A DNA stretch of 64,000 nucleotides from Felis catus. Taxonomy: Eukaryota. Positions 12,782 through 25,689 of the stretch are shown here, in pieces. A program made the translations under genes and the position numbers. The stretch spans positions 182,096,001-182,160,000 of the forward strand of contig NC_058368.1 in assembly GCF_018350175.1 (NCBI RefSeq), read 5' to 3'. Numbering within the stretch: the first letter of the stretch is position 1; each line of letters opens with the position of its first letter. Below the pieces are notes generated by a model, which worked only from the letters and a program-made list of their open reading frames with translations, was not told where the DNA came from and did not search any database.

Positions 12782-13200
12782 AAATTTCATTTACTTTTGA
12801 AAGTTATTGAGACTTATGAGGCAGCATGTAGTCAATCTTGGTGAAGTCTTTGTATAAAGTCTTTCTATTGAAAATAAAGTATGCTGTGTAGTTTTGAGGC
12901 TTAATGTGGGTTAATATGTGTTTGGGGATTTATAAATGTCAATTAGATCCAGCTGATAGTGTTGTTAATCTATATCCCAAAGATTTTTTTTTGTCTTCTT
13001 ATTTTATCAATTACTGAGAAATAGATATTATCATCTCTGACTGCAATTTTTTCTACTTCTCCTATCGGCTCTATCACTTTTGTTTCTTGAATTTTACTGT
13101 TTACTTATTAGATGAATATATTGAGAACTGCTATGTCTTTCAAATGAAATGTTTCCTTTATCATTATTTAATATCCCCCTTTATATCTTATAATAATCTT

Positions 13201-13601
13201 TTTTTGAAAATTTAAATTGTTTTTATTTTATTTTTTAAAAATTTACATCCAAATTAGTTAGCTTATAGTGCAACAATGATTTCAGGAGTAAATTCCTTAA
13301 TGCCCCTTATCCATTTAGCCCATCCCCCCTCTGATACCCCCTCCAGAAACCCTCTGTTCTCCATATTTATGAGTCTCTTCTGTTTTGTCCCCCTCCCTGT
13401 TTTTATATTATTTTTGTTTCCCTTCCCTTATATTCATTTGTTTTGTCTCTTAAAGTCCTCATATGAGTGAAGTCATATGATATTTGTCTTTCTCTGACTG
13501 ACTAATTTTATTTAGCATAATACCCTCCAGTTCCATCCACGTAGTTGCAAAAGGTAAGATTTCATTCTTTTTGATTGCCGAGTAACACTCCATTGAATAT
13601 G
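13201..13601 (-). mobile_element. 5'-truncated carnivore L1 (ORF2 C-terminus, 3'UTR, polyA)
   Basis: Encodes YSMECYSAIKKNEILPFATTWMELEGIMLNKISQSEKDKYHMTSLI; TSD tatatcttataata(a/t)tctt (13182-13200, 13602-13620). Confidence 0.92.
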
Positions 13602-15662
13602 TATATCTTATAATATTCTTTGCTTTGAAATTTACTTCATTGGATATTAATTTAGGTGGGCCAGCTTTCTTATGTTTACTGTTTGTATAATATAATTTTT
13701 CCATTACTTTACTTTCAATCTACCTATATCTTTCTGTTTAAAATACATAAATTCTAGACAAAATATAGTTGGGTTTTGATTTTTTATCACTGTGAATATC
13801 TTTCACTTTAAATGAAATATTTAGTTCATTTACCAAGAAGGTGAGAAGACATTAGAAACAATTAAAAACATTTTTCTGATGTATGTCAGCAACAGTAACT
13901 TCGCTGGAATAAACATGAGTATTTTGAAGAATACAACAGTGGTATATTAAGTTAATTTAAATGGACCAGATAGCTTAGAACAAGCATCCTCCATTTATTA
14001 TGCAGTGTATTCATGGAATTTTTTGACCCTTGGTTATTTTTACTTGTTTTTTCATAACTTTTGATTATACCCTATTTCTTCACTGTCTTTTCATGTTTCC
14101 AGTTTATGTTAGAGAATGCCCCCCCCACACACATCCATTTCCTATCACATATTTGATTATATCTAAGTTTCTAGAGATCAGATGGCAGCTTTTAGTTTAT
14201 GAGAAGCCAAGAAAAGGCACATTTCTCATATTTTTACTCAATTAATTTTGGCAGGGTTGCATTTTGCCAGCTTATTCACTTCACATGTGACAAAAAAAGA
14301 AAACAATAAATATTTTAAAAAATAACAGTCTCCATGGAGTCACATTACATTTGGCTTCTGTGGAATACATCTGAGTGTAGATTTGACAGATGTAAATTAA
14401 TATGGTAGTACCAATGAACTCATTTAACAACATATTTTTCTCTTAAGTGTTTTTATTTTAGTAGCATTTATTCTTAGTACACTGAAAGTTTTTGAATAGT
14501 TGTACTTGCCACTCTAACATTAAATAGCTCTAAATTGCCCTGCTATTCAACTGTAGATGGAAGTGGGTAGGGCCATAATATTTGAGTTATGCTATTTTTT
14601 TCTGTGCAGAAAATGTAACAATTGATCTCTAATGGGAAGACTATCATAAACAGGGAAAACACAATGTAAGAATTCATAAATCTGGTAACTTAGTGGATAT
14701 TTACAAACTATTCTTGTTCTTATACATTGGGTCAAGATCATGTAGCTATCCACCAGAGCCAGAAGTAAAAACCAAAACATCTGGCAGTAATTGTAATGTT
14801 CTTCCTATTACAACAAATTCAATGACTTTTACCTTTAGAATATTTTTTTTCCTTCTTTTTGTTAGTATGTAGGTCAGCCTTTACCATTCCTGGCTGGAAA
14901 AATGCAAGTGTCCTATTTTGCTTCCCTACCTGTAGTGTCTTCTGACTGTAATTAATCTGAAATAATTTTGGTGGACTGTTTTTTTCTTGGAATGTGTTGG
15001 CAACTTGGATTATGTTGGCAACTCTCCATTGTCCAATTAGTCTAGGATGTTTTAAATATTTGTATCATGCCTACATTCAATACTGTCACTATCTAAAATC
15101 ATAATAGTCGGGAACAGTATTCTGGCTTAGAATCCTTCCAGGTTTTGTATTATTTTGTTACATTCTCAATAGTGTCCTTTGTTAATGCAGAAATAAAATT
15201 TAGACATTAGTTCCTGTCAGGTCTCATCTTTTTTGGCTTCTGTCTTTGGGTCCATCATCATCATTTTTCCTCATTTGAGGAAAATTTAACTCTTGTTTCT
15301 AAACTTGTGACTACTTTTTTCCTATTGCTCCCTCATACAATAGTACAGGGGTTTTCAATTTATTCTAGTTTAAGAAAATTACAACAAGGCTCTCAATATT
15401 ATAGCAGAGAATTGAACTTCACCATTATATGATTCCCATTAAGACTGACTCTAAAGTCAAGGTGCAAGGACCCAACCTGAAGGAAGATATAATGTCTTTT
15501 TATTTTGAAACTATATATGTATTAGAAATAATTTGGGTGGGAGAAGGTTACAGATGGCAGAAATAATTCAAACAGGGTAAAGTACAAAAGATAATTATTT
15601 CAAATATATTTTTTTATAAAAGGAAGCCCATATTTAAAGCTGGCCTCAGGCCTGGCTGTATT

Positions 15663-15880
15663 TATTATTATTATTTATTTAATGTTTATTTATTTTTGAG
15701 AAAGAAAGAGCGTGAGTGGGGGAGGAGCAGAGAGAGACAGGGAAACCCCAGAATCTGAAGCAGGCTCCAGGCTGTGAACTGCCAACACAGAGGCTGATGA
15801 AGGGCTCCAATCCATGAATGGTGAGATCATGGCCTGAGCCAAAGTCAGACGCTTAACTGACTGAGCCACCCAGGCACCCC
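15663..15880 (-). mobile_element. Can-SINE
   Basis: Reverse SINE; TSD ag(g/a)cctggctgtatt (15648-15662, 15881-15895). Confidence 0.95.
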
Positions 15881-16199
15881 AGACCTGGCTGTATTCAGAA
15901 CTCAATTGACATTGACATGAATCTCCCCTTGCTTTATCTGTTGGTAGTATCTGCTTTGCTTTATTCATAATGGGGTTAGATAGAAAATTTACAGATCAAA
16001 ATGTTTCCCCATAAAAAAAGCCCAAGGCTGACTTCCATTTGGAATACTTTGGACCAAAATCTCATTATTGATTTCTGATGTGAGATGAAATTCACTTAAT
16101 AATTTTTCTTCTCCTATATGTAGAACATTGGTAGTTATCTAACTAAAATTTATTCCTTTCAACTGCCCAAGTAGGTGAACGTTGATTTTGCTAAAATAT

Positions 16200-16705
16200 T
16201 AATTCTTCTTCCATGTGATTCAAGGGACAGGGATCCTATTCATAACCCAGGAGTAATCCTGACATTTCCAGGCCAAATATTATAATCCCTTTTGTTTGAA
16301 AGGTTTAGGAACAGACATGTAAACTAACTTTGGCCAGTGAAACATCAGGTATAGTCATCTGGGAGTGGAAATGGTATTTTAGAAAAGGCTTTCTGCTATT
16401 GAGAAGCATAAACAAGTAGAAAAAGTAACTTTTATTCTCCTATAGACATTCTTATGCCTGAATGTGATTAATGTAGTACAGAGGCAGTCATGTAATGACC
16501 TAAGCATGATGCCATCACAAGGGGAGAACAAAGTCAACAAAAATCACAGGGAAGGACCGCTTAAAAGGCTGAGGAACTGTATCTACAGCCAACACTGCTT
16601 CTTTCCTTCCACATATTCAGGCCATAAACACCTTTATTGTTTAAGCCAGTTTGAGTTGATTTTTTTTTTTTTTTTTGCAAGCAAAAGCATCTTAATTGAC
16701 ATACA
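16200..16705 (+). mobile_element. Old MaLR LTR (MLT1J/K/L-like)
   Basis: 3' end 'ttattgtttaagccagtttgagttg...gcaagcaaaagcatcttaattga' is typical of MLT1J-L. Confidence 0.7.
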
Positions 16706-16722
16706 TAAGGTGCTTTAAAGGG

Positions 16723-16724
<2 letters not shown>

Positions 16725-16764
<40 letters not shown>
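16725..16764. repeat. (TG)n
   Basis: Directly visible. Confidence 0.97.
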
Positions 16765-16766
<2 letters not shown>

Positions 16767-17531
16767 AAGGATGTGTGGCTCTGAAAATTAAGCTGGAAAC
16801 ATGTGAGATGCCCATATTAGTGACTTAAAGTTGACTCCAACAATTGATTCTATAAATGGCAATAACTATGAGCTCCCATTAAAATATGTGCTTTGCCCAA
16901 CAAATCATTTATTGGATATAAAAAACATGGTTATGAAAAATCTAAAAACCTGAATCTCATAAAACACAGAAATAGAGAAGAAAAATATATTGTACAAGTA
17001 TTATTTAGCAATAATAGATAACAGATTCATGTTCAAGTTTCATCCTCTAGAAAGAGAATAAATTGAGAGGAGTTGTATTTAAGTATTTATTTCAAAGAAA
17101 AGGCGATTTTTTTAATGGAATTCTCTCTTGGATATTAGTAATTTAACTATATCTTTAAGAGTCACAATATCTTATTGGAAGGAAGTCAAATAATTAAAAC
17201 AAATTATAGACTGTGGTTAAAAAATAAAAAGATACCCATTGAGTTAAAAGGTGAAAAACTATTCAAAATTCAAAGACCCTGAATAAGAACAAATCTGACC
17301 CTAAAATCTCAAAAATTCACAAACTGTTACTTATTTCAATTTATGAAAGTATGACACGGTCAGAAGAGAGGGCCATTAAGAAGACCAAAAAGGTGAAGAG
17401 AAGCAAAGCAAGCCAAAAGAAAGGAAAAAAACCATAAATGTGTTTGTTTATTTTCTAAAGGATGTAAAAGGCTAGGTACCATATCAGTTGTATTCAACAC
17501 AAACTGGAGGCTGATTGGTAAGAACACAACT

Positions 17532-17720
17532 GGGCACCTGGGTGGCTCAGTTGACCAACCCACTTCGGCTCAGGTCATGATGCCACCGTTTGTGAGTTTG
17601 AGCCCCGCATCGTGCTCTGTGCTGACAGCTCAGAGCCTGGAGCCTGCTTCAGATTCTGTGTCTCCCTCTCTCTCTGCCCCTCCCCCACCCACACTCTCTT
17701 AAAAAATAAATAAAACATAA
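17532..17720 (+). mobile_element. Can-SINE
   Basis: gggcacctgggtggctcag head, 'agagcctggagcctgc', A-tail. Confidence 0.93.
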
Positions 17721-19199
17721 AACATAGTGGTAAGAAGACCAACAGAGATGATATGTATCTAGATAGATAGATGACAGAAAGCTGATAGGTGTGTATGTGT
17801 GTGAAAGAGAGAGAGAGAACGAAAGAGGTGAGAGAGAGAGAAAGAGATAGAGATTTTTTCCCCCTGTAATAGCGCAGCTTTCCCTGGTATACAGTATTCA
17901 GTCAGGCAGCGATGTTTCCCTGTGAACTCCATCTCCAAACCCCTCCCTACTTCCCTTTTTGAATGGCATGCTCTGTCTTGAAATGTCAAGTCTCACTGTG
18001 CAATTATGTAATTCAACCTACACTAATCAGGTGATTATGCAATTAGGAAAATCCTAAGGTTTTAGCTATTTGTTCCTTAATCTTTTCCTTGATGGCCCTG
18101 GCTGTGTAACTCTGCACAAAGCTCTCTTTCCAGAACTGGATGGAGTCTCATGGAGATTCTCTTCTCTAGTCAATCACCTCTGAAATCTCTTTTAGACCCT
18201 GTTTCTTTGGACTGTGAAGATTAACAAACCATTATCACAATGGGATGTTGGCTTAATCATATGCCAACACAAGTTTTCCCTACAAATAAGCTTCTTGGTC
18301 ACTTTCTTCTCTCAGGAATGGCTTTTGCATTGTTCCTGCTCCTATTATTTCAGGACTATTACCTGACACTTTATATTGGAGCTAATAAGGTAAATGAACT
18401 TTATTTACAGAGAAAAGAATGGTGTGCTCTCACAGGAATCTATGGCTTTCAAAGGCTTAATCCTCCAGAAAAAAAAGAGGTGTGCTTGCCATTCAGATGT
18501 ACAGGATTTAAAGGGTGACATCTTCATGTATCTTAGCTTTCACATATGTATACCACCTTCTTTTTTACTTTATCTTTTTAGTTTCAAACTAAAGAGTTTA
18601 GTTTGCTGCTGATACATAATTTCTACTCAACCTAAGCTTCCAAAGTGGCTGTCTGTGCCAGTATTGAAATTCAGGAAAAAAAATGCAGTGATGCTAACAC
18701 ATTGAGTTAGTGTCTACAGCAGAGAGAGGTTAGTATCAGATAGCTGATTTTTTTTTTTTTTCTTTAGGAACACCATACCATTCTCATTTGATGAAGTTTG
18801 TACCATTTCTACTCCAGGTGTAGTCCATGAACCAGGATGTTTGCTACTAGTCTACAGTAAGAGATGTAAAGAAATTGAAAATGAAAGTTCAGAGACATAT
18901 AGACATAAACATAGTACTAGTAATACTAATAGAGCATGTTGAGAGGGAATAAGAAAAGAATGGTGGGGAAAAAGAAAGCTGCCATTTAGTAGACAAAATG
19001 GTAAAGGTAGCCAATTTCCATATCTGGGGAATCAATCAAATAGACATTACATGTGGGGACTGGTGATATTTTGTATAAAATGAAATGGACAAAATATTAA
19101 TAATTCAAGTCCTTGAATTGAACAAACAATTTTTTGGGACATTTGAACATAATAATCAGCTAGAGAAAGAAAATGTGATAGTGTTATATGTTTTAACTA

Positions 19200-20270
19200 T
19201 TCCCCCCACTTTCTTTTATGGATCACATTGTCCTGCCTTTTTGAATGTCTGGTGATTTTTTATTAACTGCTAGGCAGTTGAAAGCTATACTGTTGAGAGT
19301 CTAGATTGAGTGGTATTTAGTTTTGAGTTTTATTCAAGTAGCCAGTTAATTTATTGATGATTCTGCTTGATTCTGTTGAGGCTTGGTTTTATGTTTTGTT
19401 AGGGAGGGTTTAGAATAATCTTTATTCTGGATCTATAGTTCCACTACAACTAAGGCAAGCCAAGTTGAGGGTCTTAGGTCAGCAGGGTTAATGACCTGGC
19501 TTAAATGACCTGGGTGATCAGCAGAATATCTGTTTTGGTTGGTTAGAACTTCAAAGTCTCCAAGCACTACGAAGTTCCTGGAATATTTGTTCAACTCAGA
19601 GCTATTCAGTCTCTCTTGTTTGACAGATTTCTTACTGTCTTGCCTGAGCACATACAGTTTAATTTTGGGGCAACAAAACCAAATGCTGTAATGCAGATAT
19701 TTGGTGTTTATTCTCTATACAGCTTCTTTCTCTCTTGTGCTCTTCCATAATCTCCAGTAACTTCAGCAGTCCTGAAGTCATCTCTACCTCTTCAGTTCAG
19801 TGAGGACTGCCATGGGCATTACCTGCCTCTCCTCAATATAAAAATTGTCTCTAGTCAGGGACACCTGGGTGGCTCAGTTGGTTAAGAGGCCAACTTCAGC
19901 TTAGGTCATGATCTCACAGTTTGTGAGTTTGAGCCCCGCATCAGCCTCTGTGCTGACAGCTCAAAGGCCTGGATCCTGCTGTGGATTCTGTCTCCCTCTC
20001 TCTCTGACCCTCCCTCACTCACACTCTGTCTCTCTCTCTCTCTCAAAAATAAATAAACATTAATTTTTTTTAAAAAAATTGACTCTAGTCAGAAATCTGG
20101 GGCAACAGTGGGGCTGACCTCATGTCTTCCTGCTCTAAGAAATTAGAGTCCTGGATTTTTATGGTCTAAATTTGAAAACACTTGCTGTATATACTTTGTC
20201 CATTTTTAGAGTTGCTTATGGCCTGAGAGCTAGTCCAATAACAGTTATTCTATCATGGCTGGAAGTGAAA
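19200..20270 (-). mobile_element. Old L1M 5'-region fragment
   Basis: 'gatcacattgtcctgcctttttgaatgtctggtgattttt' and 'tgctgtatatactttgtccatttt...cagttattctatcatggctggaag' resemble antisense 5' ends of old L1M. Confidence 0.6.
19858..20074 (+). mobile_element. Can-SINE
   Basis: TSD aaaattg(t/a)ctctagtca on both sides. Confidence 0.95.
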
Positions 20271-20413
20271 CTTCATTAAAAATATTTAAATGAGTATTTT
20301 ACATTATAATGATACACACAGGAATTACATCTAAGGTAGCCTGCCAAGTTTTCCAAAGTCTGCTTTAAAGCTGGAATAAGAAATTATAAGATAGTCCTAC
20401 ATTTATAATTTCT

Positions 20414-20616
20414 GGGGTGCCTGAGTGGCTCAGTCGGTTAAACTTCTGACTTCAGCTCAGGTCATGATCTCACAACTTGTGAGTTCGAGCCCTGTATCGG
20501 GCTCTGTGCTGACAGCTCAAAGCCTGGAGCCTCTTCAGATTCTGTGCCTTTCTCTCTCTCTCTGCCCCTCCCTTGCTCACACTCTGTCTCTCAAAAATAA
20601 ATAAACATTAAAAAAA
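20414..20616 (+). mobile_element. Can-SINE
   Basis: Head, (CT)n, A-tail. Confidence 0.93.
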
Positions 20617-20744
20617 TTATATTTTTCTGAGTAGCATTAACATTTGTTAGGACTTCCCGAGCCAACTTGGATATTTTACTTATATTATTAAATAACCCTC
20701 TTTCAATATATTAGACTCATGATTAAAATTAAAAAAAAAATATT

Positions 20745-20960
20745 GGGGCACTTGGGTGGCTTATTTGGTTAAGCATCCTACTTCACCTCACGTTGTGATC
20801 TCACAGTTCTTCATTTGAGCCCCACACAGTGCTCTCTGCTCTCAGTGCAGAGCCTGCTTCTGATCCTCTGTCTTCCTCTCTCTCTCCCCCTCCCCCACTC
20901 TCTCTCTATCTCTCTCTCTCTCTCAAAAGCAAATAAACATTTTTTAAAAATAGAATAAAA
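20745..20960 (+). mobile_element. Can-SINE (diverged)
   Basis: ggggcacttgggtggct head, (CT)n, A-rich tail. Confidence 0.9.
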
Positions 20961-20961
20961 A

Positions 20962-21155
20962 GGGGCATCTGGGTGGCTCAGTCGGTTGAGCATCCAACTC
21001 TTGATTTTGGCTCAAGTAATGTTCATATGGTTCATGGGATTGAGCCCTGTGTCAGGCTCTGTGCTGGCAGCATGGAACCTGCTTGGAATTCTCTCTCGTT
21101 CTCTCTCTGCCCCTTCCTGCTCTCACTCTCTCCCTCTCTCTCTCAAAATAAATAA

Positions 21156-21157
<2 letters not shown>
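20962..21157 (+). mobile_element. Can-SINE abutting the previous SINE tail
   Basis: ggggcatctgggtggctcagtcgg head, 'ctcttgattttggctca' variant. Confidence 0.92.

Positions 21158-21190
<33 letters not shown>
21158..21190. repeat. (CA)n at SINE tail
   Basis: Directly visible. Confidence 0.95.
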
Positions 21191-21192
<2 letters not shown>

Positions 21193-21383
21193 ATCCAAAT
21201 TATTTTCAAATTGTGTTTGTGTATGTGTACCTCCAGACTATATATTTTTTTATGCTGCAACAAGATATTTGAAAACAGAAGCAATGTAATTTTTCCATTA
21301 AGATTGAGATTTTGGTATTTTAAGGTAACAAAAAATGGTTTGACTGATATTTTGTGGTTTTCACCCTATAGACATTCTTTAAA

Positions 21384-21640
21384 GCAGCGTTTCTCAAGTG
21401 CGCTCCATGAAAATGGGGCTCTAGTATGAAATAAATTTGGAACATCCTATACTACATTTTCCTATATATATTATATATTTTTATCTTGGAGATTTATAGT
21501 TCACATCAGCATAATAAAGCCACTGAGAAGCCCTTATAAAAAGACATGAATGGCTTTATTTATTTTTTTCCCAAGTTTATTTGACTGAGGACCCCCTTGT
21601 ATGCCTCACTCATTACTATTTTGAGGTTTGGAAAATAATT
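21384..21640 (-). mobile_element. MER103C-like hAT element
   Basis: 'cagcgtttctcaagtg', 'ttggagatttatagttcacatcagcataataaagccactgagaagc' and 'ttcccaagtttatttgac'. Confidence 0.65.
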
Positions 21641-21997
21641 CTTTAAGCATGTGTACTAGCAGTAGTATAATAGAGGGCAAAGTTTTTCTCTAACTTTGCA
21701 GGATACCTACAGAAGTTGACATTGCATGAATGATTATGTAAAAGATAGTAGAGAGTTTTTTCCTGGTTAGAAGTGAGACTCCGGAGGTAGCCACTCAGGT
21801 CAAGACTGAGATGCAAGTCATGAGTGAGAAAAATTAAAAACTGAGCAAAGTATGTGCACACTCTTATCTCTCTTGCCAGTTTGTTCTGTATCCAAATCCC
21901 TGGGTTCCCCGTTGTCTCAGGAGAATGAAACATTGGTGTGATCAGTACCAAGACAGAGGAGATAAAAATCGGACTCAGCCTTTTTCCCCTCATGTCT

Positions 21998-22209
21998 CTT
22001 TTTTTTTAACTTAAAAAAAAATGTTTATTTATTATTGAGAGACAGAGCATGAGCATGGGAGGGGCAGAGAGAGGGAGACACAGAATGTGAAGCAAGCTCC
22101 AGTCTCCAAGCTGTCAGCACATAGCCCAACGTGGGGCTCCAACCCACTAGCGAGATCATGACCCGAGCCGAAGTCAGATGTTTAACTGACTGAGCCACCC
22201 AGGTGCCCC
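21998..22209 (-). mobile_element. Can-SINE
   Basis: Reverse SINE ending gagccacccaggtgcccc. Confidence 0.93.
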
Positions 22210-22211
22210 AC

Positions 22212-22239
22212 TTTTTTTTTTTAAACTTTCTTTATTTCT

Positions 22240-22281
<42 letters not shown>

Positions 22282-22446
22282 ATGAGCAGGGGAGGGGCAG
22301 AGAGAGAAGGAGACACAGAGTCCGAAGCAGGCTCCAGGCTCCAAGCTATCAGCACAGAGCCTGATGCCAGCCCGAAATCACAAACCAGGAGATCATGACC
22401 TGAGCTGAGGTCGGATGCTTAACCGACTGAGCAACCCAGGCACCCC
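22212..22446 (-). mobile_element. Can-SINE with long (GA)n
   Basis: Reverse SINE ending gagcaacccaggcacccc. Confidence 0.93.
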
Positions 22447-22714
22447 TCTCCTCATGCCTTTTTCATACTAAGAGTATTGCCGGATGAACTGCAGAGAATC
22501 CCAAGGATCTTCAAAGTTTGAAGAGCCCTGCAGTGGTTCCAAATGAAAAAAAAAAAAAAATCCTCAAGAGTGGACTTCATGCACATGCAATGGGACAAAG
22601 AGGTATTTTTTGTTTCTTTGATGACAGCCTTCCCAAAACATTTCTCTAATCCCATCACACAATTAACCACTTCTACATGCAGTTGCCAGTAAGTGCGGTA
22701 AGTGAAGGACGTAC

Positions 22715-22900
22715 TCTGGCCTTGTGGAAAATATAATGTATTTGGATGCAGAAGACCTGGACTGAGGTTTCTGCTTCACCCATTAATGCTACAGGAACTG
22801 AAATAATTTACTTAGTCTATTGGACTCTGTTTGTTCATCTGGAAAATAGGATTAGGAAAATCTAGCTCGGAGGTATGCTGTCAAAGAAATGTAAAATGTA
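22715..22900 (+). mobile_element. MIR
   Basis: 'cagaagacctggactgaggtttctgcttcacc...ctctgtttgttcatctggaaaatagga'. Confidence 0.65.
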
Positions 22901-23769
22901 AATATGCTCTCAAAACCATGAATTTTTAAAGCAATATAATGAAATAATTGTATTATTTTCTGTAAAATGTAAACTATAGGTGTTGGGAGATAATTCTTCA
23001 TGGATCTGTCATATTGTATCATGTCTTGGGACACACTTTTGTTTTGGAATACCTTTTCACGCATGTTTGTATACTACACAGCCTTGGAGTGTGGAAGCGA
23101 TGTTTTCTGGTACAGCAAAAGGAAGGATTTCCTTAGAACTTCGGAAGATAGAGATGGCATCTCCCTTTATAGTAAAGGATAGGCTAGTTCTTTTTTAACT
23201 AAAAAAAAAAGAAAAAAAAAAGGGTTCCATGAGACCTTGCAATATAAGTCACTGTGTATGCACGTGTGACCTAGTATCACCTTATGGAAACTGGAGCTCT
23301 AAAAACTGGTGTAAAAATACTCTGGCTACCACTATTTCTATAATGAATAAAATTCTTTTTCTCTGATCCAGAAGTTTTACATAAAGTGTAAAGTGCCATT
23401 TTTATTTGACAAGAGGCATGTACCTTTTTGAAATAATTTGTGTTTTGCCTAAAGACAGAAAGCTGGCATTCACATGTCCTCAAATATTTTATTGATATAA
23501 TTAAATTATCACCTCCCAATGTATTGGAGTCTTGTGATTTAAAGACAAACATATTGAAGACTCTGATTTGGATATGCTTTGTATTTATTAACTAACCAAA
23601 AAAAAAAAAAAAGATTAAGAGACAATGAAGAGAATGCTATAACTAAACCCATACATTTTGAAAACATACTCTAAAAACATTCTGTCTTTACAAAGTAAAA
23701 AGAACTTTTGACCTCTTGCTACTACATCATTCATGTAAATAAAAGTGAGCACATCCTTAAATTAGTATT

Positions 23770-24018
23770 TATTTATTATTTATTTATTAAAGGTTATTTA
23801 TTTTGAGAGAGAAAAAAATATGAGTGGGGGAGAGGCGGAGAGAGAGGGAGAGGGAGAGGGAGAGAGGGAGAGAGAGACGAGAGAGAGGGGATCCCAAGCA
23901 GGCTCCACACTGCCAGTGCAGAGCCGGATGCAGGGCTTGAACTCACAAACTGCAAGATCATGACCTGAGATGAAATCAAGAGTTGGACGCTTAACCAACT
24001 GAGCCACCCAGGTGCCCC
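23770..24018 (-). mobile_element. Can-SINE
   Basis: Reverse SINE; short TSD agtattta. Confidence 0.93.
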
Positions 24019-25689
24019 AGTATTTACTTTTAAATAAACAAATATGAAACAAAAATAAAGCAGTGAATGATCTTAAAATTAATTCACATTTTTTTGGAGA
24101 TCCTAATGTTTCCGCTTAAATATTTTCCATTCTGGCTGAAAACAAAACAAACAAACAAACAAACAAAAAATATATATATATTCATCTATCCTATCTAGTT
24201 TTACGAACTATCAGTTCATGAGATTCTTGTTAGAGTTCCCAAATCAAGAATGCTGAGATGTACTTAATTAATTAGTGAGCTCATTTAAGGGTGCCCTTAG
24301 AGACAATTTTCCCTTGTTTTTTACTTTACCTAAAAGGCCTCAAGACATTTAACCAATATCTAGTGCAGTCATTCTTTACAGTAAAAGATAAGGAGGCAGT
24401 CATAATCCTAGGAATGGGAGCATCTGGTAGGCACACACACATTTCTTCACCCTAGAGTAGATTTAATTTGTTGCAAATAAAAACAAATAGAGAGGACATC
24501 ACCTCTCAAATTATTCTCAATGGTCTTTGAGCTATCAATTCCCTTATGCCTGGAGCTATCAATCTCCCACAAGCCCAAAGACTATCGCTTTGCTCCAATT
24601 AAATGAGATCCAAACGATCTCTGTTTGGATCTAGAGGCTGAATTTCAGGTCAGCTTCTCATCTAGGGAAACTAAAATAAGAGAATAAATTGCAATTTTAT
24701 TTTAGAAATTATAATCAGATGATTTCTTATTTTCTATAATTTCTTTACATAAATGGAGCACAGAGTGTGGCAGAAACTTGCCCAAGCTTAGGATGGTGGG
24801 GCCACTATGGGAACTTTCCAGATAGGAAAACAATAAACATCCTGGAAGCCTAACTGTGTGACATGTAAAATCAATACATTTATGTTTCTTTCATGTCTGT
24901 ATCTTTTAAAAGGCTCAATTTTTATACAGGATTTAAAGACTTGGGAAGGGGATTGGATTTTAAAAATTGTTTTATAACCAAAAGTCCAATGTGTTCTATT
25001 TAAAGGAATAAATTGAGAAGCTGTAATTTAAGTCAGATTTGTGAGTGCTCCAATATGAAGCTTTATTGGATTTTCAATTATAATTAACAGAATAATAACT
25101 AAAGATGTAAACAGAAACAGAAATGATTGTACTATCAAACACCTGCTTCATAATTATTTGAACAACAAAATGTTTTTGAGTCTCCCACTTATTTATAATC
25201 CTGGCATGTTTTTTTAAATGCCTGTCTATGTATCAATCTGTTTAATTATTTTACAGCTCTCCAGAGCTGTAAGAGACAAAAACAGCTAACAAAAAATAAA
25301 ACAAAAAACAAAAAAACATAATCTGATTCAGGTGACAAAGTAGAGGCAATAAGACTAGTACTCGGAGGTTAGTTTATGCAGGTAAAATCGAAAGACTAGG
25401 CAAATGCGAAAGTAATTTGCAAGTTCTTGTGAATTAAATCCTTACTCAAAAGCTATTACAATGACCTCAAAATGTCAATTTAGGACTTAGATTCAGTAGA
25501 TTTGTAGTGATCATAACCAAAAGGTGGGAAGAATTTGGAAACTATCTTTGGGGAGCTGTTGCTGAATAAAAACAGGCCTCTGCCATTCTCCCATAAAGGA
25601 GACTCTGTACAATTTTCATCTGGCATCCTAACAATCTTATATTTGGTTTGAGCAGTACATTTTCGTTTCATTCATCATTTAAAGACAGA

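Larger units (their letters stand above)
11897..13832 (-). mobile_element. Old L1M ORF2 (endonuclease-region) fragment
   Basis: Antisense L1 sequence; the minus frame MEKLYYTNSKHKKAG..LISNEVNFKAKNIIR resembles the L1 endonuclease. Interrupted by a SINE and a younger L1. Confidence 0.85.

Noticed and set aside
18740..18825. Acceptor-like poly-T...TTTAG and a possible 50-nt exon
   Set aside because: The downstream donor (CAG|GTGTAG) is weak, and poly-T/AG sites are common here.
21643..21993. 116-aa minus-strand ORF in unique DNA
   Set aside because: No recognisable homology, splice context or coding-like composition; consistent with chance.
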